A DNA stretch of 64,000 nt from Nitrospinales bacterium (lineage in GTDB: Bacteria; Nitrospinota; Nitrospinia; Nitrospinales; VA-1): contig CBDCXL010000002.1 of the NCBI GenBank assembly GCA_965223795.1, positions 3,168,001-3,232,000 on the forward strand, read 5' to 3'. A model generated the notes under the pieces. The model saw nothing but the letters and a program-made list of their open reading frames with translations. It was not told the origin of the DNA and searched no databases. Shown piece after piece: positions 49,767-59,892 of the stretch. The first letter of the stretch is position 1. Each line of letters begins with the position of its first letter. Both the position numbers and the translations under genes were made by a program.

Positions 49767-51533
49767 TTGGAGATTGAGTTCATTGGACATGCGGGATTTG
49801 TGCTGAAAGGGAATGAGCGCTCCCTGATCCTGGATCCCTGGCTGAGTGAAGGCGGCGCTTTCGATCATTCCTGGTACCAGATGCCCTGCAACCACCATTT
49901 GAAACAGGGACTGCAGGAGAAGTTCAACGCCCGCAACAGCCTGATTTACATTTCCCATCTGCACCAGGATCATTTCGACCGTGATTTTTTAAAAGGAGTG
50001 GATAAAGACACGCCGATCCTGATCCCCAAATTCGAAAGCCGTGAATTCGTGCATGAGCTGGATCGCCTGGGGTTTGCATTCATACGGGAAGTCGAAGACA
50101 GCGAGACCCTGACAGTCGCGGGCTTTGATATCACGGTTTTTGTGGACGACCGCGGTTTGAACCGGGATTCCGCAATTCTGATACGCCAGGGAGACCTGCG
50201 CTTTCTCAATCTCAACGACTGTAAAATTTTCGACCGGTTGCATCATATACTGAAACGCTTCGGCAAGATCGACGTGTACTCGGTCCAGTTCAGCGGCGCT
50301 TCCTGGCATCCGGTCACGTATCAATATTCTGCCGGGGAGTTTGAAAAACTTTGCCGAAAGAAGAAAAACAGCAAATTCGCGACTGTTCTCAATTCGATCA
50401 AACTGTTGTCTCCCAGCCACTACATTCCCGCCGCAGGGCCGGCCTGCTTTTTGGACCCGCAGCTTCAATGGATCAATCAGGTCCGGGAAAATTCATTCCC
50501 CAGCAAATTTGAATTCATCGACTACCTTCACCGGAAAGGACTTGGAGACAGCGTCCTCGACATGAATCCGGGAGACGTGTTCAGCGTCACGGAGAAAAAA
50601 TTCTCGCAAAAAGTTCCCGTTACCCTGAACCCGAAAAACTATCAGGAATACATCGAAGATTACGCCGACAGGCACAGCGATCTATTTAAAGCCCAAACGG
50701 GCAACCTCTCCGGAGACGAGCTGGAGGGACTGCTCACCCAGCTCATGGAGGCGTTGCAGCGCAAGGTCCAGGTTTTCGATCCTCCGGATTTTGTCGAATG
50801 CATCCTGTATTTTTCACTGTTCGAACTGGAGGAGCGTTTCATCCGCATCGACTTGAACACGGGAACGGCCGGTACGTCGGATCGCATCGATTCGGAAAAA
50901 TTTTACTCGATCGCGTATCCCGCCTGGCAGGTCCAGCGATTGCTGGACGGCGCCATTTCCTGGGAGGACCTGTCGCTCACGTTCCGCGCGCGGGTGAAAC
51001 GCAACCCGGATCAATACAACACCTACGTCAACGGCTTCATTTACCTGGAAAGCCGGGATCTGCCGAAGTTCATCGACAAAGTGGCGGCGCTCAAAGCCAA
51101 CACCGACCGGGTCGATATTCAGTACGATGACAAGACTTATGAAATCGCCCGTTTTTGCCCGCACCAGGGCGCGGACCTGAAATACGGCTGGGCGGATGAG
51201 GGATGCTGGGTCTGCCCGCGGCATCGCTGGATGTTCGATCTGGACTCGGGAAACTGCGTCAACAGCAACGACACGATCTTCGTCCGCGAAACGGCTCCCA
51301 TTGCGGCACGCAACAAGGAAACGGTGCCGGCCGGGACCACTTCGAAACGCGGGCTGACCATCAAGCGGTTCACGCCGGAAGAAAAAGTGCGCATCGTGCT
51401 CGCCGGTCTGCGCGATGTGGAGAGCGTTCCCACACTGTGTCGGCGGGAAGGCATCTCGCTGCAAATTTATCACCGCTGGAGCGAGGATTTTGTCGAGGCG
51501 GGAAAAAAACGGCTCATGGGAGCCAAGGAATGA
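49767..51533 (+). CDS. NamH/CMAH-like MBL-fold plus Rieske [2Fe-2S] hydroxylase with C-terminal IS3-type HTH
   Basis: TTG after GAGG; GHAGF, DPW, SHLHQDH, DSA, NLND, QFSGA, PAAGPACFL; Rieske CPHQG...CPRH; tail RFTPEEKVRIVL...CRREGIS...YHRW. Confidence 0.85.
   Translation: MEIEFIGHAGFVLKGNERSLILDPWLSEGGAFDHSWYQMPCNHHLKQGLQEKFNARNSLIYISHLHQDHFDRDFLKGVDKDTPILIPKFESREFVHELDRLGFAFIREVEDSETLTVAGFDITVFVDDRGLNRDSAILIRQGDLRFLNLNDCKIFDRLHHILKRFGKIDVYSVQFSGASWHPVTYQYSAGEFEKLCRKKKNSKFATVLNSIKLLSPSHYIPAAGPACFLDPQLQWINQVRENSFPSKFEFIDYLHRKGLGDSVLDMNPGDVFSVTEKKFSQKVPVTLNPKNYQEYIEDYADRHSDLFKAQTGNLSGDELEGLLTQLMEALQRKVQVFDPPDFVECILYFSLFELEERFIRIDLNTGTAGTSDRIDSEKFYSIAYPAWQVQRLLDGAISWEDLSLTFRARVKRNPDQYNTYVNGFIYLESRDLPKFIDKVAALKANTDRVDIQYDDKTYEIARFCPHQGADLKYGWADEGCWVCPRHRWMFDLDSGNCVNSNDTIFVRETAPIAARNKETVPAGTTSKRGLTIKRFTPEEKVRIVLAGLRDVESVPTLCRREGISLQIYHRWSEDFVEAGKKRLMGAKE
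51363..51514 (+). mobile_element. IS3-family OrfA HTH remnant fused in frame to the hydroxylase
   Basis: KRFTPEEKVRIVLAGLRDVESVPTLCRREGISLQIYHRWSEDFVEAGKKRL resembles IS3 OrfA HTH; no OrfB or terminal repeats seen. Confidence 0.7.
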
Positions 51534-51551
51534 CGACCGGCCGGTTTGGCC

Positions 51552-52946
51552 TCAAAGGTTTTTCGACTTGAACACGATCAGTTTCTCCTCCGTCATCTCT
51601 GCCATGGCGGAGCGGATGCCCCCCACACCCAGTCCCGAGACTTTTCGCCCCGCGAACGGCATCCAGTCCACTCTGAAGGCCGTGTGGTCGTTGATCATCA
51701 CCGCCGCGGCGTTCAGGCGCTGGGCCGCATCGAGGGCCGCGTCCACATCCTGCGTGAACACCGACGCCTGAAACGAGTAGGGAATTTCGTTGGCCCGCCG
51801 GATCGCCGTGCGCCGGTCGTTGAAGGCGTACACATTGACCACCGGGCCGAAAATCTCTTCGTGCGAGAGCCGTACCTTGTCGGTGGGTTCGAGCACCACT
51901 GTCGGCGCGTAACAGGTTTTGCTGAGCCTGCGCCCACCCGATATGACACCCGCTCCGGCGTTCCTCGCTTCGTCCACCCATTCCGCGACCCGGTCCACCT
52001 CCCGTTCCAGAATCAAGGGCCCCACATCCGTGGCCTCGTCGACCGGATCTCCCACGGCCAGTTGATTGGCCAACGCCGACAGCTCCCCCGCGACCCGTTC
52101 GACGATTCTCTGGTGCGCGAACACGCGCTGCACGGAAACGCAGACCTGGCCGGCGTGGTAATACCCGCCTTTGAGCAGGGCCGGAAGCGTGTTTTCGAGG
52201 TTGGCGTCGGCTTCCAGGATCACCGGCGCCGCGCCGCCGTGCTCCAGCGCGCAGCGGGTGCCGGGCGACGCCTTCGATCGAAGCTGCCAGCCGACCTTTG
52301 CGGAGCCGATGAAGGTCAGAAAATCCACGCGCGGATCGGTGGCCAGCTTTTCGGCGAGGTCGTTGCCGATCAGCATTGGCTGGCACCAGTTGTCCGGCAG
52401 GCCCGCCTGTTTCAGGCAGTCCAGCAGGTTGAGACAGGATAGGGGCGTGGTGAGGGCGGGCTTCACGATCACCGGGCACCCCGCGGCGATGGCCGGAATC
52501 ACCTGATGCACGATCAGGTTGAAAGGGTGGTTGAACGCGCTGATGGCGGCCACCAGGCCAATCGGCTCGCGCACGGTGAACGCCCAGCGGTGCTTTGACG
52601 CCTCGTTGAGATTCATGGGAATCTGCCTGCCGGTGAGTTCCGGAACGCAGCGGGCTGCCTCGCGGATGCCGTCCACCGCCCGCGCAAGCTCCACACGCGA
52701 ATCGATCAGCGGCTTGCCGCCTTCCTCTGCGGCCTGGCGCGCGAAGGTTTCCTTGTTTTCCTGCACCAGGTCGGCGGTCTTGTTCAGAATGCGTATGCGG
52801 TCTTCCGGCGACAGAGCGGCGTCCGGGTTGGCCGCCAGTTTGCTGGCGGCGTACAGCGCGCGGTCGAGCTGCGCTTCCGTGTTCCATTCCAGTTCAGTGA
52901 TTGTGTGGCCGTCGAAAGGGGATTGGACTTTGAGTCTGGATTCCAT
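51552..52946 (-). CDS. Aldehyde dehydrogenase family protein
   Basis: AFNHPFN, FIGSA, LEHGG, GQVCVS, EEIFGPV. Confidence 0.93.
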   Translation of the reverse strand: MESRLKVQSPFDGHTITELEWNTEAQLDRALYAASKLAANPDAALSPEDRIRILNKTADLVQENKETFARQAAEEGGKPLIDSRVELARAVDGIREAARCVPELTGRQIPMNLNEASKHRWAFTVREPIGLVAAISAFNHPFNLIVHQVIPAIAAGCPVIVKPALTTPLSCLNLLDCLKQAGLPDNWCQPMLIGNDLAEKLATDPRVDFLTFIGSAKVGWQLRSKASPGTRCALEHGGAAPVILEADANLENTLPALLKGGYYHAGQVCVSVQRVFAHQRIVERVAGELSALANQLAVGDPVDEATDVGPLILEREVDRVAEWVDEARNAGAGVISGGRRLSKTCYAPTVVLEPTDKVRLSHEEIFGPVVNVYAFNDRRTAIRRANEIPYSFQASVFTQDVDAALDAAQRLNAAAVMINDHTAFRVDWMPFAGRKVSGLGVGGIRSAMAEMTEEKLIVFKSKNL

Positions 52947-53004
52947 GTTGTCGCGTTCTTTCCTGAAAGGAGGATTTGCGGGGGGAAGCGTGCGCTCCGG
53001 CCCG

Positions 53005-54645
53005 TCACAGGATACAGGTTTTGGCGTTGAGTTCTTCTGTCAAAACCTTTTCGTTTTCCGAGTAATCCATCGGCACCTCGATCACGTGCACGCCGGGCGC
53101 GTTGAGGCAGTCCTTGAGCAGCGGGAGGAACGAGGCGTTGTCCTTCAGGCGGTGCCCCTTCGCTCCGTAGGATTCGGCGTACTTCACGAAATCCGGGTTG
53201 CCGTAATCGAGCCCGAAATTTTCAAAGCCCATGCCCGCCTGCTTCCATTTGATCATGCCGTAGCCGTCGTCCCGCAGGACCAGCACCACCAGGTCCAGCC
53301 CCAGCCGGACCGCGGTTTCCAGTTCCTGCGAGTTCATCATGAATCCGCCGTCGCCGCAGACGGTGAGCACCTTGCGCTCCGGATGCACGATCTTCGCGCC
53401 CATTGCCGAGGGCAGGCCCGCCCCCATGCTCGCCAGCGCGTTGTCCAGAAGCAGGGTGTTGGTGCCGTAGGCCTTGTAGTTGCGGGCGAACCAGATCTTG
53501 TAGATGCCGTTGTCCAGCGTGACGATGCCGTCGTCCGGCATGGCTTCGCGCACGCGCGTCACCAGGTGCTGGGGCACGATGGGAAACCCGTCGTCGGCGC
53601 TTTTTTCCTTGATGTGCAGTTCGACTTCTTTTTTGATGCGGCCGTAGTAATCGAAGTCCCAGTGGTCCGCGGGCTTGAGTTTCTGCGCCAGCGCCTCGAC
53701 GCTGTCGGCGATGTCTCCCACCACTTCCAGCTGCGGGAAATACACCTCATCGACGTGGGCGGAAAAATAATTGACGTGGATGACCTGGGCGCCGCCGGCG
53801 TCCATGAAGAAGGGCGGTTTCTCGATGACGTCGTGCCCCACGTTGACGATGAGGTCGGCGCGGTCGAGGGCGCAGTGCAGGTAATCCTTGTTGGACAGGG
53901 CGGCGGTGCCGAGAAAGTGCGGGTGCCGCTCGTCGAGCACACCTTTGCCCATCTGCGTGTTGAAAAAATAAATGCCGGTTTTTTCAGCCAGGTGGGTCAG
54001 CGCCCGGCAGGTGCGATTGCGGTTCGCGCCCGCGCCGATCAGAAGCAGCGGCCGCTGCGCGGCCTGGACCATCGCCACCGCCTGGTCGATGCTGTCGTTG
54101 TTGGGAAGCGGCCGTTTCGGCTCGGTGCGTGGAAACGGAGCGGCGGTGCATTCCTCGGCGGCGATGTCCTCTGGCAGCTCGATGTGCACCGCTCCCGGAC
54201 GCTCTTCCGTGGCCAGACGCACCGCTTCGCGCACGATGACGGGGATGTTGTTGCCGTGCACCACCTGGCGCGTGTATTTGGTGATGGGGCGCATCATCTC
54301 CACCACGTCGATGATCTGAAATCGCCCCTGCTTGCTTTTTTTGATCGGTTTCTGGCCGGTGATCATCATGATCGGCATCGCGCCCAATTGGGCGTATGCC
54401 GCCGCGGTCACCAGATTGGTGGCGCCCGGCCCCAGCGTGGCCAGGCACACGCCGACCTTGCCGGTGAGACGGCCGTAGGTGGCGGCCATGAAGCCAGCGG
54501 CCTGCTCGTGGCGGGTCAGGATGAGTTGGATTTTCGAATTTCTGAGCGATTCGAGCAAATCGAGATTCTCCTCACCGGGAATCCCGAACAGATGCTCCAC
54601 GCCTTCCTGCTCCAGCGAGCGGATGAAAAGATCCGATGCTTTCAT
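53005..54645 (-). CDS. ThDP-dependent acetolactate synthase-like enzyme (possible 2-oxoacid decarboxylase)
   Basis: FGIPGEENL, RHEQ, TLGPGATN, GDGGFMMNSQELETA. Confidence 0.9.
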   Translation of the reverse strand: MKASDLFIRSLEQEGVEHLFGIPGEENLDLLESLRNSKIQLILTRHEQAAGFMAATYGRLTGKVGVCLATLGPGATNLVTAAAYAQLGAMPIMMITGQKPIKKSKQGRFQIIDVVEMMRPITKYTRQVVHGNNIPVIVREAVRLATEERPGAVHIELPEDIAAEECTAAPFPRTEPKRPLPNNDSIDQAVAMVQAAQRPLLLIGAGANRNRTCRALTHLAEKTGIYFFNTQMGKGVLDERHPHFLGTAALSNKDYLHCALDRADLIVNVGHDVIEKPPFFMDAGGAQVIHVNYFSAHVDEVYFPQLEVVGDIADSVEALAQKLKPADHWDFDYYGRIKKEVELHIKEKSADDGFPIVPQHLVTRVREAMPDDGIVTLDNGIYKIWFARNYKAYGTNTLLLDNALASMGAGLPSAMGAKIVHPERKVLTVCGDGGFMMNSQELETAVRLGLDLVVLVLRDDGYGMIKWKQAGMGFENFGLDYGNPDFVKYAESYGAKGHRLKDNASFLPLLKDCLNAPGVHVIEVPMDYSENEKVLTEELNAKTCIL

Positions 54646-54929
54646 GAGGCCGACTCCGGGTTCGATCTGGTTATTCGCTGAGCGCTGCGCCGTCCATTCC
54701 GGCAGCGCGGCTGTTTGCGCTGGTTGGTCCGGAGTTGGCGGCGAAGCTTACAAAATATAGGGATTTGTCCCGCCTTTCCACTGGAATCCGCCGCCAGCGG
54801 GTCTTTTCGGCCGCAATCCACCGTGAAACCGGGGTGAAAGGAAACGCCCGCGGCCGCGACCCGGCAGGCGGGCCTTCGGGCCGTCCACGACAAAGAACAT
54901 CAGTGATACCCGCTGACAGGAGGCACGCG

Positions 54930-56279
54930 ATGACAGAATGTCCCGAATTGACCCATGACAATTTCATGCACGGATTGAAGCGCCGCAATCCCGGTGAGAC
55001 CGAGTTCCATCAGGCGGTGGAGGAGGTGGCGTCCTATCTCATTCCGTACGTGAAGCAGCACACGAAATACGAAACCGCCCACATCCTGGAACGGCTGACC
55101 GAACCGGACCGCATCGTCATCTTCCGGGTCTGCTGGCAGGACGATGACGGCCACGTGCGCACCCACCGCGGCTACCGGGTGCAGTTCAACAATTCCATCG
55201 GCCCCTACAAGGGGGGACTGCGGTTTGATCCCTCGGTGAATCTCAGCATCCTCAAGTTTCTCGGCTTCGAGCAGATCTTCAAAAACAGCCTGACGACGCT
55301 GCCGATGGGAGCGGGGAAGGGGGGTGCGGACTTCAACCCCAAGGGAAAATCCGACAGCGAGATCATGCGGTTCTGCCAGGCATTCATGATGGAGCTGAGC
55401 AAGCACATCGGTGAAGACATCGACATCCCGGCGGGCGACATCGGCGTCGGCGCGCGCGAGATCAGCTATATGTTCGGCCAGTACAAGCGGCTCAGAAACG
55501 AGTTCACCGGTGCTCTCACCGGTAAGGGGCTGGAGTTCGGCGGCAGCCTGATAAGAAAGGAAGCCACGGGGTTCGGCTGCGCCTATTTCATGCGCGAGAT
55601 GCTCAAACGCAGGAAAGAAGCGCTGGAGGGCAAATCCTGCGTGATTTCCGGATCGGGCAACGTGGCGCAGTACACGGCGCTCAAGCTCATTCAGGAGGGC
55701 GCGAAGGTGATCACGCTGTCGGATTCATCGGGCTTCGTGCACGACCCCGACGGCATCGATGAGGAAAAGCTCGAGTATGTTATCGATCTCAAGACCGGGC
55801 GCCGCGGCCGCATCTCCGAGTTCGCGGAGCAGTTCGGACTCAAGCACCACGCCGGCCAGCGGCCCTGGAACGTCCCCTGCGATCTCGCGTTTCCCTGTGC
55901 CACGCAGAACGAGCTGGAAGGGGATGACGCGAAGGCGCTGGTGAAAAACGGCTGCCAGGCGGTTGCGGAAGGGGCCAATATGCCGGCGACGCGCGATGCG
56001 ATCCACCGGTTTCACGAAGCGGGCGTCGTCTTCGCTCCCGGCAAGGCGTCCAACGCCGGCGGCGTGGCGGTGTCGGGCCTGGAGATGACGCAGAACAGCA
56101 TCCGCATGGCCTGGTCGCACAGTGAGCTGGATGAGCGGCTGCAGTCGATCATGGCCCGCATCCACGAGCAGTGCGTCGAGTACGGGGACAACGGCAGCGG
56201 CCTGGACTACGTGCGCGGCGCGAACGTTGCGGGGTTCGTCAAGGTGGCGGACGCGATGCTGGCCTACGGCGTCATCTGA
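54930..56279 (+). CDS. gdhA: NADP-specific glutamate dehydrogenase
   Basis: AGGAGG RBS; EFHQAV, GPYKGGLRF, PAGDIGVG, SGSGNVA, PCATQNE, EGANMP. Confidence 0.95.
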   Translation: MTECPELTHDNFMHGLKRRNPGETEFHQAVEEVASYLIPYVKQHTKYETAHILERLTEPDRIVIFRVCWQDDDGHVRTHRGYRVQFNNSIGPYKGGLRFDPSVNLSILKFLGFEQIFKNSLTTLPMGAGKGGADFNPKGKSDSEIMRFCQAFMMELSKHIGEDIDIPAGDIGVGAREISYMFGQYKRLRNEFTGALTGKGLEFGGSLIRKEATGFGCAYFMREMLKRRKEALEGKSCVISGSGNVAQYTALKLIQEGAKVITLSDSSGFVHDPDGIDEEKLEYVIDLKTGRRGRISEFAEQFGLKHHAGQRPWNVPCDLAFPCATQNELEGDDAKALVKNGCQAVAEGANMPATRDAIHRFHEAGVVFAPGKASNAGGVAVSGLEMTQNSIRMAWSHSELDERLQSIMARIHEQCVEYGDNGSGLDYVRGANVAGFVKVADAMLAYGVI

Positions 56280-56613
56280 AGACCGGGACTCAGGCCGCAG
56301 GAGAGGAGGGCGGTCCGCAACGTAAAACCGTTGTATTTCGCCGCGCAATCCGGAAATCGCCGGGGCGCCGGTTTTTCAAGGCATTTCCCCCCTTGAAAAT
56401 GCGGCCGTTTGACGGGACAATGGGAGCCAGGCCTAGTGCGGCGATTTTAAAGACAAATTTTCACCATCCTCGTATCCTTTCCCCGTGCCGCCGTTCTGGA
56501 CGGCCGATTCCGTGTAAGGTATCCGGCCCGGGCCGGACTGAATTGCATGTTGTTTGCAGGGACCCTGGGTTTCAAGTGACGCTGGTTTGATTTTCCATTC
56601 AAGGAGTTTGAAA

Positions 56614-57759
56614 ATGAAAAAACGAGCATATACGATGGCATTGGCCTCTCTGGCTTTGGTGCTGGCTCTGGGAGTCACGGCGTATTCCGCTTCCAAGCCG
56701 GAATCCAAGTCTGAAACGGCTCAAACCGAAATGGAATCCAAAGGGATCGCGACGTTCGCGGGCGGCTGCTTCTGGTGCATGGAACCGCCTTTTGAAAAAC
56801 TGCAGGGCGTCAGCGCGGTGGTGTCCGGATACACCGGCGGCCAGACGCAAAACCCGACCTATAAAGAGGTGACCTACGGCAACACGGGCCACGTGGAAGC
56901 GGTGCAGATCCATTACGATCCGGACAAGATCACTTACGAGAAGCTGCTCGACGTGTTCTGGAGAAACGTGGATCCCACCGACGCGGGCGGCCAGTTCGTG
57001 GACCGCGGTCCGTCCTACGTGACCGGCATCTTCTACCACGACGAAGCGCAGAAGGCGGCGGCGTTGAAGTCAAAAGAAGAGCTGGACAAAAGCGGCCGCT
57101 ACGATAAAAAGATCGTGACGCCGGTCACCGCGGCGGGGACGTTTTACCGGGCGGAGGAATACCACCAGGACTTTTACAAGAAAAGCCCGATTCGGTACAA
57201 ATTTTACCGGTCGCGTTCGGGCAGGGATCATTTCATCGATAAGATCTGGTCGAAGGAACGCGATGAGGCGCTGATGAACACATCGAACACAGGAAAGGGC
57301 GGCCCCTACATGAAACCGAGTGAAGCGGAACTCAAAAAGCGGCTCACGCCGATGCAGTACAAGGTGACGCAGAAGGACGGCACGGAGCCGCCTTTCAAAA
57401 ACGAATACTGGGACAATAAAAAGGACGGGATCTATGTGGACATCGTCTCCGGCGAGCCGCTGTTCAGCTCGCTGGACAAGTTCGATTCCAAGACCGGCTG
57501 GCCTTCCTTCACCCGGCCGCTGGATCCGGACAACGTCGTGACCAAGACCGACACCAGCTTCTTCATGGTGCGGACGGAAGTGCGCTCGAAAAACGGCGAT
57601 TCGCATCTGGGCCATGTGTTCGACGACGGCCCCAAGCCCACGGGCAAACGCTACTGCATCAACTCGGCCTCGCTGCGGTTCATTCCGCTGGAGAAGCTGG
57701 ATGAGGAAGGCTACGGCGAGTTCAAGGACCTGTTCAAAAACCGCTCGAAGGCTTCATAA
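56614..57759 (+). CDS. msrAB: Exported bifunctional methionine sulfoxide reductase A/B
   Basis: Signal peptide; [31 protein letters not shown]. Confidence 0.95.
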   Translation: MKKRAYTMALASLALVLALGVTAYSASKPESKSETAQTEMESKGIATFAGGCFWCMEPPFEKLQGVSAVVSGYTGGQTQNPTYKEVTYGNTGHVEAVQIHYDPDKITYEKLLDVFWRNVDPTDAGGQFVDRGPSYVTGIFYHDEAQKAAALKSKEELDKSGRYDKKIVTPVTAAGTFYRAEEYHQDFYKKSPIRYKFYRSRSGRDHFIDKIWSKERDEALMNTSNTGKGGPYMKPSEAELKKRLTPMQYKVTQKDGTEPPFKNEYWDNKKDGIYVDIVSGEPLFSSLDKFDSKTGWPSFTRPLDPDNVVTKTDTSFFMVRTEVRSKNGDSHLGHVFDDGPKPTGKRYCINSASLRFIPLEKLDEEGYGEFKDLFKNRSKAS

Positions 57760-57760
57760 A

Positions 57761-57879
57761 TCCTGCGCGGAGGGCGCGTCTGCTCCTCGCCGGAGGGGCG
57801 GCTTGCTCACGGTGGGCGGTGTTGCCGGGTCAGGTTCTAAAATCGATTGGTTTTTCTCTCTTCGCCGGAGGGGCGGCTG
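57761..57879 (+). repeat. Cluster of three copies of an intergenic ~22-35 bp repeat
   Basis: tcctgcgcggagggcgcgtctgctc; ctcctcgccggaggggcggcttgctcacggtgggc; ctcttcgccggaggggcggctg. Confidence 0.7.
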
Positions 57880-57888
57880 AATTCGGGC

Positions 57889-57935
57889 AAAAAAATACCG
57901 GGGATGGAATCTCACGATTCCTCCCCGGTTTTTTT
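57889..57935. terminator. Bidirectional intrinsic terminator
   Basis: A run, ACCGGGGA-T-GGAATC-tcac-GATTCC-TCCCCGGT, T run; between convergent genes. Confidence 0.85.
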
Positions 57936-57944
57936 ATTTCCCCG

Positions 57945-58712
57945 TCACAGGGTCGGTTCGGCGCAGATGACGTAGACTTTCAGGTTCGCGTTGGCGGAGG
58001 TTTTGTTGACCAGCGTGGTTTCCCAGGAGTTGACGCTGGAAGGATAGTTGGTCTCGCTGTAGCACTGGTCGCAGCCTGCCGCGGTGAAGCCGCCGCCCAT
58101 CAGGATCTTGCCGGTGGAGCAGCTCATGAACGCGGTTTTCTTCTGGCCGGCGGGGACTTTGTAGACTTTGCTCTCCAGCCGTTCCCAACCCGCCACGCCG
58201 TTGATCGCGGAGGTGGAGACGGTCTTGGTTTTGCCGGGAGGGCCTGGAGGACCCGGAGGGCCTTGCGGGCCCATCGGTCCGGGTTTGCCGGGCTCGCCTT
58301 TGGCGCCTCTGGGGCCGCGCGGTCCCATGACGCCGTTTTCACCGGCCTGAGCGGACTGCAGCGCCGGGATCTGCCCCTGCGCCACCATCTGCTTCACCAC
58401 GTTGGCGACAGCCTCGGAATCGACCTCTGCGGCTGCCGGAGCGGCCTGAGCGGTCCGCACCTGGCCCTGGACCTTGTCCTGGATCTTGGCGTCCACGGTG
58501 GACATCATGTAGACCAGGGAAATGGCCGCCCCCACAGCCACGCTGGCTGCGATGGTGAGCATGTTCACGACCGCGGAGCCGCCTTTTTTCTCCAGCGTCA
58601 CCGGGGCGTGGGGCGATTTCCCGGTGTCCACGCCGGGGATCGTTTTGTCCTTCATCGGCTCAACCGGGTACTTTTTCGAGGGCACCCATCTTTCCTTTAC
58701 CGGTTTTTCCAT
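57945..58712 (-). CDS. Membrane-anchored collagen-like protein
   Basis: One TM, 13 Gly-X-Y triplets (GEN...[12 protein letters not shown]), Cys-containing C-terminal domain. Confidence 0.85.
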   Translation of the reverse strand: MEKPVKERWVPSKKYPVEPMKDKTIPGVDTGKSPHAPVTLEKKGGSAVVNMLTIAASVAVGAAISLVYMMSTVDAKIQDKVQGQVRTAQAAPAAAEVDSEAVANVVKQMVAQGQIPALQSAQAGENGVMGPRGPRGAKGEPGKPGPMGPQGPPGPPGPPGKTKTVSTSAINGVAGWERLESKVYKVPAGQKKTAFMSCSTGKILMGGGFTAAGCDQCYSETNYPSSVNSWETTLVNKTSANANLKVYVICAEPTL

Positions 58713-58767
58713 CTCGGCACATCCCTTTGAAGACGATTAATAATGGCAACTCAATGGAACCGCGGCT

Positions 58768-59892
58768 TCAGTTTCCCGCTTTCTTCATCGGAAACGAAAC
58801 GATCATGCCGCCCATCAGGTCGTCCAGCTGAAAGTCCTTTTTCGGGCTTTTCGGATGCTCGTTGTGGCACTGGACGCAGGTCTTGTTCACCGCGAAGTCC
58901 GGATACACGGCCTGGAAATAGGTGGCGCGCCCGCGTTTCATTTTCCCCATGTAGGGGCGGAGCGGGTTGATTTCCACGGAGACCAGGGCCTTGCGTTCGA
59001 ACTCGTTGGCGGCGCTGTTGTTGAAGTTGATGGGCCACAGGCTGATCAGCCTGAAGTTCAGTCCCAGCTTGTTCTTGCGGGCCAGCCGGCTGGTGTTGAG
59101 CAGGTACTGGGCCGGCAGCGGCAGCACGTTGTCGTCCACCCAGGATTCCTTGGCGGCGACGATGTTGTGCTGTTTCATCCGTTTCACCACATATTCGGTG
59201 TAGACGTAGCGGTCGGACTCGAGGATCGCGTGCACGTAGTCGGAAACGATCTGCGGCGGCACATTGAAGACGTCGTTGTTGCCGGCGACGCCTTTTTCAC
59301 TCAGAGGCACGTTGAGCAGGGGAATGTTGATCAGGATCCCGCCCATGACGTCGCCTTCCTCATAATCGGTTTTCGGCGACTTGGGATGGTTGTTGTGACA
59401 GGAAACACAGGACTCGGCGTTGGCCAGATCCGGGTAGATCGCCTGAAAGTTCCAGTTTCCTTCTTTCTTGACCACCCAGGTGAAGGGGGTTTTGGAACCT
59501 TTTCTCAGGCTGCGCAGTCCCAGCGTTTCCAGGTCGGAGCCGGGTTTGTTGTCCGGGTTGATCGGATTCAGTCCCAGCAGACGGATTTTCAGACCGATTC
59601 CCGCATCGTTGGACTGCTGGGCGGAAAGTTTCAGAAACTGCGCCGGCAGCGGCAGGGTTTTTTCCGCTTTCCAGTTTTCGGTGGCTTTCAGGGAAATTTT
59701 CTTGTTGAGACGGCCGACGATTTCCTGGGCGTAAAACTGGCGGCTGGCTTCGATGATGGAGTGCAGATAATCGGTAGCCAGTTTCGCGGGAATGCCGTCC
59801 TCTTGCTGTGCGGCCGCGGGAAAGACCGAAAAGCCAAACAGACACACTGCCAGAAGTCCGGACCATCTAATTTTGTTGTTGGGCCTAGTCAT
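58768..59892 (-). CDS. Exported di-heme c protein with tandem Tll0287-like (DUF3365) domains
   Basis: Signal peptide; internal repeat PLPAQ(F/Y)L, FQA(I/V)YPD, CVSCH and CVQCH. Confidence 0.85.
   Translation of the reverse strand: MTRPNNKIRWSGLLAVCLFGFSVFPAAAQQEDGIPAKLATDYLHSIIEASRQFYAQEIVGRLNKKISLKATENWKAEKTLPLPAQFLKLSAQQSNDAGIGLKIRLLGLNPINPDNKPGSDLETLGLRSLRKGSKTPFTWVVKKEGNWNFQAIYPDLANAESCVSCHNNHPKSPKTDYEEGDVMGGILINIPLLNVPLSEKGVAGNNDVFNVPPQIVSDYVHAILESDRYVYTEYVVKRMKQHNIVAAKESWVDDNVLPLPAQYLLNTSRLARKNKLGLNFRLISLWPINFNNSAANEFERKALVSVEINPLRPYMGKMKRGRATYFQAVYPDFAVNKTCVQCHNEHPKSPKKDFQLDDLMGGMIVSFPMKKAGN

Noticed and set aside
58240..58345. GC-rich 9-nt periodicity
   Set aside because: Explained by collagen Gly-X-Y codons
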